From the human T2T-CHM13v2.0 reference genome, Homo sapiens, in the NCBI RefSeq assembly GCF_009914755.1, contig NC_060925.1: a stretch of 64,000 nucleotides of DNA; one strand, 5' to 3'. Shown one piece after another: positions 54,736 to 64,000 of this stretch. Made by a program: the position numbers and the translations under genes. Within the stretch, counting starts at the first letter, position 1. Each line of letters opens with the position of its first letter. The notes under the pieces were generated by a model. The model was not told where the DNA came from. It did no database searches and saw only the letters and a list, made by a program, of their open reading frames with translations.

Positions 54736-56024
54736 TCTCATTTAATCCTCACAAAAAGCCTGTAAGGTAGGTGCTATTGTCTTCATTTTACAAATGAGGA
54801 AACGGACTTCGTGTGAGGAAATGGACTTCGTGGAGGAGATGGTTCAATCCAGTGCCACCAAAACAAAAACCCTCGGCCAGTTTGGAACATCCTGGGTTTG
54901 AGATGCCTGTGAGGATCCACACAGACTGGCCCAGCAGATCACGGAACGTGTGAGGTCTGTAGGGAAAAGCATTTGAGAAAGAAGGAACAGCAAACTCCAA
55001 TGTCCTAAGCCAGAGAAAAGTTTAGTGGATTCAAGGAGCAGAAGGAAATCCAGCGACCCTAGAGGGAGTGGGTGCGAGGGAGAGGGTGATGGATGAGGTG
55101 GGAGAGAATGACCGGGGTGGCTGAGAGCAGGGCTGGACTCAGCGCTGGTAACACCAGGCTGGGAGGGAAGCTTTGGGGCTCTGTGGCTCTGGGTAGGGAG
55201 GACTGCGGAGGGTGGCAATTCCCCACCAGCTCCTACAACAGGGTCTGGGATCAGACACAGCCTTTGGGCTCCAGGCTATCTCTGCCCCCTCCGGGTGAGG
55301 GTTATACAGACCTGACTCCTTCAGGGAGAGTTTTGTCCTGATGGGACCACCCTGCTTTTTTGTATGGAAGTTAGAAATTATCTTCTCTCTGGGCTCTGGG
55401 CAGATTGCCTGTCTCCTCAACAGGGAAGGGGTGATTCTCTGGGGGAAAGCGGGAAGTCGGGGAAGTTCTGACAATGTAGTCATTTTGGTAAAGACTCTGA
55501 AAATCATTCCCATTCACATCACAGGGGCCTAAAGATGGCCTGGGTCGTCAGTGCGGCTTTTTCTATACTTCCACTCCCCATACATTTTCTTTCTTTTGGC
55601 GACTTGCACATCATTGTTGGACTATTAAGTTATGGGGGAAGGGCGTCCCTACTAAGGAGCCTCCTAATTCTTTTTGTTGTTGTTAATCTAACTTTTTATA
55701 GGGACGGGGGTCTCGCTATGTTGGCCAGGCTGGTCTTGAACTCCTGACCTCACGTGATCTTCCCACCTCGGCCTCCCAAAGTGCTGAAGAAGTGAGCCAG
55801 CTTCCCCGGCCAGCGCCTCCTATTTCCTTCCCTTTAATTAGGCGGCACGTTAGCCTTTAACAGAGGCGGGCCACTGGCGGCGTGGTTTCAGGTAAGTCGC
55901 TGAACCTCTTTAGCCATCTCCTTCCCATCCCTGAAGAAGAGGCCTAAATTAGAGAATGCGGGGTTCCTTCCGCGCTCAGAGCCTTCCCTTTGATCCCGAG
56001 GGAGGCCTGCGCGCTGGTGGTGTC

Positions 56025-56042
56025 TACTGCCCTCTTGTGGTA
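56025..56042 (-). promoter_or_regulatory. CTCF motif
   Basis: Minus strand reads TACCACAAGAGGGCAGTA, a close match to the CTCF core, in a CpG-retaining unique patch. Confidence 0.65.
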
Positions 56043-56079
56043 GAGCGTTTTTTGTTCTCCAGTTTACTGTCTGGCTTTT

Positions 56080-56225
56080 CTCCCTCCCTCCCTCCTTCCC
56101 TCTTCCCCTCCTTCCCCTCCTCCCCTCCTTCCCCTCCTTCTCCTGCTTCCCCTCCTTCCCCTCCTTCTCCTGCTTCCCCTCCTTCCCCTCCTTCTCCTGC
56201 TTCCCCTCCTTCCCCTCCTTCCTTT
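56080..56225. repeat. Polypyrimidine 9-mer repeat with a 27-bp higher-order unit (cttcccctccttcccctccttctcctg)
   Basis: Direct reading, three 27-bp copies. Confidence 0.9.
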
Positions 56226-56265
56226 TTTTAATTATTAATTAATTAATTTATTTATTTATTTATGA

Positions 56266-56553
<288 letters not shown>

Positions 56554-57159
56554 TAATTTTTAAATTCCTAAGGAAATCCAAAAGATTGGGGGTTGCAGGA
56601 GTAGAAGCTTGCACAGGAGTGTCACATAGCTACATTTAAGTGTCAGGCTTAGCAATAGCAAGAGAAGGGAGGGAGGGAAGAAATGAAGAGCCACAGCCCC
56701 TTCAGAATGTGAGAGCTTTCATCTTTCCCATGAAAATAAACTGATACTTTGTTTTTACTTAACCAGTACTTCAAATTTGGATTTCAAAAACGAACTTCAT
56801 GTGTTTTATTACCCGTCTGATGTACCTTCCACACAAGGGTTAGGCGAAAGAAGTTTGTTGCCCATAACTGCTAAAGTTAGAATTTTAGGGTTTTGTGATT
56901 TTAGAAATTTAGATCTTAGAATAATTTTTTAAAAATAAATTTATCTTACAATATTTTTTCATTGATTTAATTATAACCTAATTTTGGGGGAGTTCTAATA
57001 TAAATTTTTATCTTATACCTGGCTTTTAAGGAATGTGTCTAATGAAAAGTAAAGATGGCCGAGCACATTATTGGCACTTTGGGAGGCCCAAGGCGGAAGG
57101 ATAGCTTGAGCCCAAGAGTTTGAGTCCAGCCTGGGCAACACAATGGGACCAGGTCTCTA

Positions 57160-57394
<235 letters not shown>

Positions 57395-57884
57395 TTAGAA
57401 TATATTCTGATTATTGCTGTTTATTACTTAAATAGTTACGTGTTATGCAATATTTATGTGTTATTAAGACATGGAAAAGGGGCTGGGAGCAGTGGCTCAC
57501 GCCTATAATCCCAGCACTTTGGGAGGATGAGGCAGGCAGATCACCTGAGGTCATGAGTTCAAGACCAGCCTGGCCAACATGGTGAAACCCTGTCTCTACT
57601 AAAAATATAAAAATTAGCCGGGCGTGGTGGTGGCGCCTGTAAACCCAGCTAATTGGAAGACTGAGGCAGGAGAATCGCTTGAACCCGGGAGGCAGAGGTT
57701 AGAGTAAGCCTAGATCGTGCCACTGGACTCCAGCTTGGGTGACAGAGTGAGACTCTGTCTCAAAAAAAAAAAAAAAAAAAAAAAAGCCCACATAGAAAGG
57801 GGACTTAAAGGATAATTTAGTGAATACATGCATATCCACTGCCCAGCTTAGAAAATAAACATTGCCAACACAGCTAAATACCTC

Positions 57885-58565
57885 TGCGATGGTTAATTTC
57901 ACCTGTCACCTTGGCTAGGCTATAGTACACAGTTTTTGGTCAAACATCAATCCAGATGTTGCTGTGAGGGTATCTTTTTTTTATGTGTGATTAACATTTC
58001 TTTTTTCTTTTTTTTTTTTTTGAGACAGAGTTCGCTCTTGTTGCCCAGGCTGGAGTGTAATGGCGCGATCTTGGCTCACCGTACCCTCCACCTCCCAGGT
58101 TCAAGCAATTCTCCTGCCTCAGCCTCCTGCGAGTAGCTGGGATTACAGGCATATGTCACCACGCCCATCTAATTTTGTATTTTTAGTAGACACGGGGTTT
58201 CTCCATGTTGGTCAGGCTGGTCTTGAACTCCCGACCTCAGGTGATGCCCCTGCCTCGGCCTCCCAAAGTGCTGGGATTATAGGCGTGAGCCACCGTGCCA
58301 GGCCGTAATTAACATGTATTAGGTTGGTGCAAAAGTAATTGCGGTTTTTGCCATTAAAACTGTGGCAAAAACTGCAATTACTTTTGCACCGGCCTAATAA
58401 ATCAGTAAACTTTGAATAAAGCAGATGGCCCTCCACAGTGCAGGTAGGCCTCTTCCAATATGTTGAAGGCCTCAAGAGAAAAAGACTGCAGTGTTCCAAG
58501 GAAGAGGGGAATTCTGCTTCTAGATGGCCTCCAGGCTTAATACTGCAACATCAGCTCTTCCCTGG
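57885..58565 (+). mobile_element. MLT2D-like ERVL LTR with inserted Alu (57998-58304, minus strand) and MADE1
   Basis: tgcgatggttaatttcacctgtcaccttggctaggc...ctagatggcctccaggctt..ctgcaacatcagctcttccctgg. Confidence 0.8.
58319..58397. mobile_element. MADE1 MITE
   Basis: ttaggttggtgcaaaagtaattgcggtttttgcca...tggcaaaaactgcaattacttttgcacc, flanked by TA. Confidence 0.93.
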
Positions 58566-59262
58566 ATGAAATGAACATCTTTCTTCAGTATTTAAGGACA
58601 AGTTGTATTTCTTCCTTGGTGAATTGTTTCTTATTTTCTGGTGGTTTCAAGGTCAGCAGGAATGTAGGGTTTGTTGAGGTTGGGCTGACGGTTTCCTAGG
58701 GAAAGGTGGGTGATTGGTTTTACATTTAGCTCTCTTCTTGGACATTTCGTAGTGATGAAGTGGGGCAGTGTCTTGCCGGGTGAGGGGTGTCTGGGGGGCT
58801 TGTCTTGCTGGGCACACGGGGGCCTGAAGGGCTCCTTCACAGCCAGTGGGTGGGTGGGGGTCGGGAACACACGGAATTCTTTCCAGGTGAGCATCTTGTT
58901 TTGAGGAACCAACTGCTGCTGTAATATAATGTTGCCTTTCAGTCTTGAGGCTTTCACTTGGCCAGCAAGTACTTCTTTCAACACCCATAGAATTGCATGA
59001 GGTGCATGGGGTTCTTAATAGGGGCAGCTCCTGTTTTCATAAAATTTGTGAAGAAGCATTTCATGATAAGTGGAGTAAATTATACTAAATATTGAAATGG
59101 GAATCAATTTTTCTAAACATTCCTTTCCATGTTCCTGCAAAGATGCTGGTTTCACTTGCATTTGAATCAAGGCACACACCTTTCCTTCGTCCATACAGCC
59201 AGAGGCCTCTGCCACAGGAACTGGTGAACGTCTTAACTGTTTATCTCACTTTATAGCACAGC

Positions 59263-59312
59263 AAGAAAGAAAGAAAGAAAAGAAAGAAAGGAAGAAAGAA
59301 AGAAAGAAAAAG

Positions 59313-59367
<55 letters not shown>

Positions 59368-59388
59368 AAAGAGGGAGGGAGGGAGGGG
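59263..59388. repeat. (AAAG)n/(GGGA)n purine microsatellite
   Basis: Direct reading. Confidence 0.95.
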
Positions 59389-59827
59389 AAACTTCTAAGA
59401 TCATTCCAGATTTTTTTTCTTGACTTTACTCCCTACTACCCCCTTGAAATTCATACTTGCACACAGAAACTCTTCAAACTTCCTGTCTTGAGTACAGGCT
59501 GGACAGAAAACTATAGAGAGATATCAGCACCATGAATGCCAATATCAACACCAGTACTAACCCAACACCAACAGTGAGAACACCAATATGGATGCCGGTA
59601 CCAACCCAACAGCAACACCACGAACACGGGCAGTAGGAGGAAGGTCCAGGATGCGAATTCAAAATATTGAACACCAGTTAACTTAGCCAAAGAGTCTCTA
59701 GTGAAGCTGTGATCAAGGAGAGTATGTGCCTGGTATCTATAAACATCCCATCATTGCAATCAGAGAGACACATACGATCATTATTAGCCTTTGCCACTGA
59801 AGCTAAAATAATTATTGAAAGAGTATG

Positions 59828-61341
<1,514 letters not shown>

Positions 61342-61522
61342 GGGATCATGACTAGTAAACTAAGACCACCCCTAGAAGCCAGTAGAACCCAGTACTGGTC
61401 AGATCAGACACCAGCTACACAAGCTTGAGAGGCCACTTCTCCCCCTGGGCCTTGACTTCTATTTCCCCTCTGATTTAGAAATTTTGTGGCTCTGCGTCAT
61501 TGATTGGTATGTAAATTGGCAT

Positions 61523-62092
<570 letters not shown>

Positions 62093-62137
62093 GCGTAGCT
62101 TTTTGAAAGGTAATTAAAAAATATTTTTTAGTACTGG

Positions 62138-62774
<637 letters not shown>

Positions 62775-62939
62775 TTAAACAGCACTCTTGTGCCACAGAA
62801 GCACACACAGTACAGTCATTTTCATCTGCAAAGCATATGTATGTGTTAACCTTACACAAGCCATCCAGGAACTTGTCTTTTAAAAGTAACAGCGTGTTGT
62901 TTAAGGAGGATTCATTTGTAAAGCTTAATATATGACATT

Positions 62940-63569
62940 GCTGGAGTTCAAAATGAAGGCCTCAGAAGCAAGTTTTTCTCTAAACTTCTCCTGCCCTCCT
63001 GTCTCTGGCCCCTCATTCTCCCCGCAAAGGCTACCATGAAACATGAATCCCCCTTCCCCAAGGTGGGTCACAGAAACCAGAACCCCTTTTTCCCAAAGCC
63101 AGCCTTAAAACCTGAGAAGATTACTCTAACTCCCCCTGCCCGCCCACCCTGCCTTTCTTTGTAAAAACCGGCCATAAAGAAATTCTCTGACCTACCTTGT
63201 TTGGCTGTAGGTCACCAGGCTCCCATTCCAGAGAGGGTCCTGCCTCACACCCAGAAGGAATGAAGGCTGCACAGAGAGGCCAAGAAGGCCCTACACAGAA
63301 CCCCCAGGGTCTCCCCACTCAGTCCACTAGCATCAGATCAGAGCCTTTTTGTCCAATCCTATCTCTACATGGCTGTCCATACTCTGTTGAACCTAAGCAT
63401 AAAAATTGACGTCTGTATCTTTGGGTCTTCATTCTGAAGGCTCCCATGTAACATAAAACTATGATCAAATAAATTTGTATGCCTTTTCTCCTATTAATTT
63501 GGCTTTTGTCAGTTGATTTTCAGGAGCTCTTTAGAGAGCAAAGAAGAAATTTTCCACTGGCCCCCAACA
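62940..63569 (+). mobile_element. MER39-like ERV1 LTR
   Basis: aatgaaggcctcagaagcaagtttttctct..cttctcctgccctcctgtctc; AATAAA at ~63468; ends cccccaaca. Confidence 0.8.
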
Positions 63570-63599
63570 GAATATTTTTTGTTTGTTTGTTTTTGGGAT

Positions 63600-63880
63600 T
63601 TTTTTCAGACAGGGACTTGCTCTGTCTCCCAGGCTGGAGTGCAGTGGCACAATCATGGTTCACTCAACCTGTTGGCAGCCTCAACCTCCTGGGCTCAAGT
63701 GATCCTCCTGCCTCAGCCTCCCAAGTAGCTGGGACTACAGGCGTGAGCCACTACGCCAGGCTAATTTTTTTAAATTATATTCTGTGGTGACATAGGCCTC
63801 ATTAACCCTCATTAACTTGCCCAGGCTAGTCGTGAATGCCTGGGCTCAAGCGATCCTCCCATCTCGGTGTGAGCCACCGT
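63600..63880 (-). mobile_element. AluJ-like
   Basis: Reverse Alu dimer, diverged. Confidence 0.85.
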
Positions 63881-64000
63881 GACTGCCTCTACAGAATGCC
63901 TTACATCAAAGGGAAGCCCAGGCTCATTTCAACTTCCCAGTACTTTTGTAGTGAATAAGGAGGAATTGGGACCCAAGACGGCTATCAGACCGCAAAGGTG

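Overview
Human (primate) genomic DNA at the urotensin-II locus (UTS2, chr1p36; from general knowledge PER3 lies to the left and TNFRSF9 to the right, neither inside this window). The only protein-coding gene I can support is UTS2 on the minus strand. Four coding exons (6046-5944, 3969-3859, 2730-2687, 929-813) give the 124-aa precursor ending in KKR|ETPDCFWKYCV. An alternative upstream exon (6474-6350), spliced into the middle of exon 1, gives the 139-aa isoform. The remaining ~57 kb is repeat-rich: about 60 Alus, a complete Tigger1 holding a nested near-full-length L1MA (itself holding THE1D and Alus), MaLR/ERV LTRs, two MADE1 MITEs, L2/MIR/MER5 relics, a 12-copy 53-57-bp VNTR and several microsatellites. 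I cannot demonstrate a new biological system. The best leads are regulatory: (1) a splice acceptor and three upstream ATGs in front of the 139-aa UTS2 exon; (2) an orphan SP/KLF-box promoter-like island at ~38.6-39.3 kb with a minus-strand splice donor, which could supply a distal first exon; (3) candidate immune-type enhancer motifs and a CTCF site; (4) a VNTR born at a nested LTR junction. Repeat family names come from recalled consensus sequences and their boundaries are approximate.
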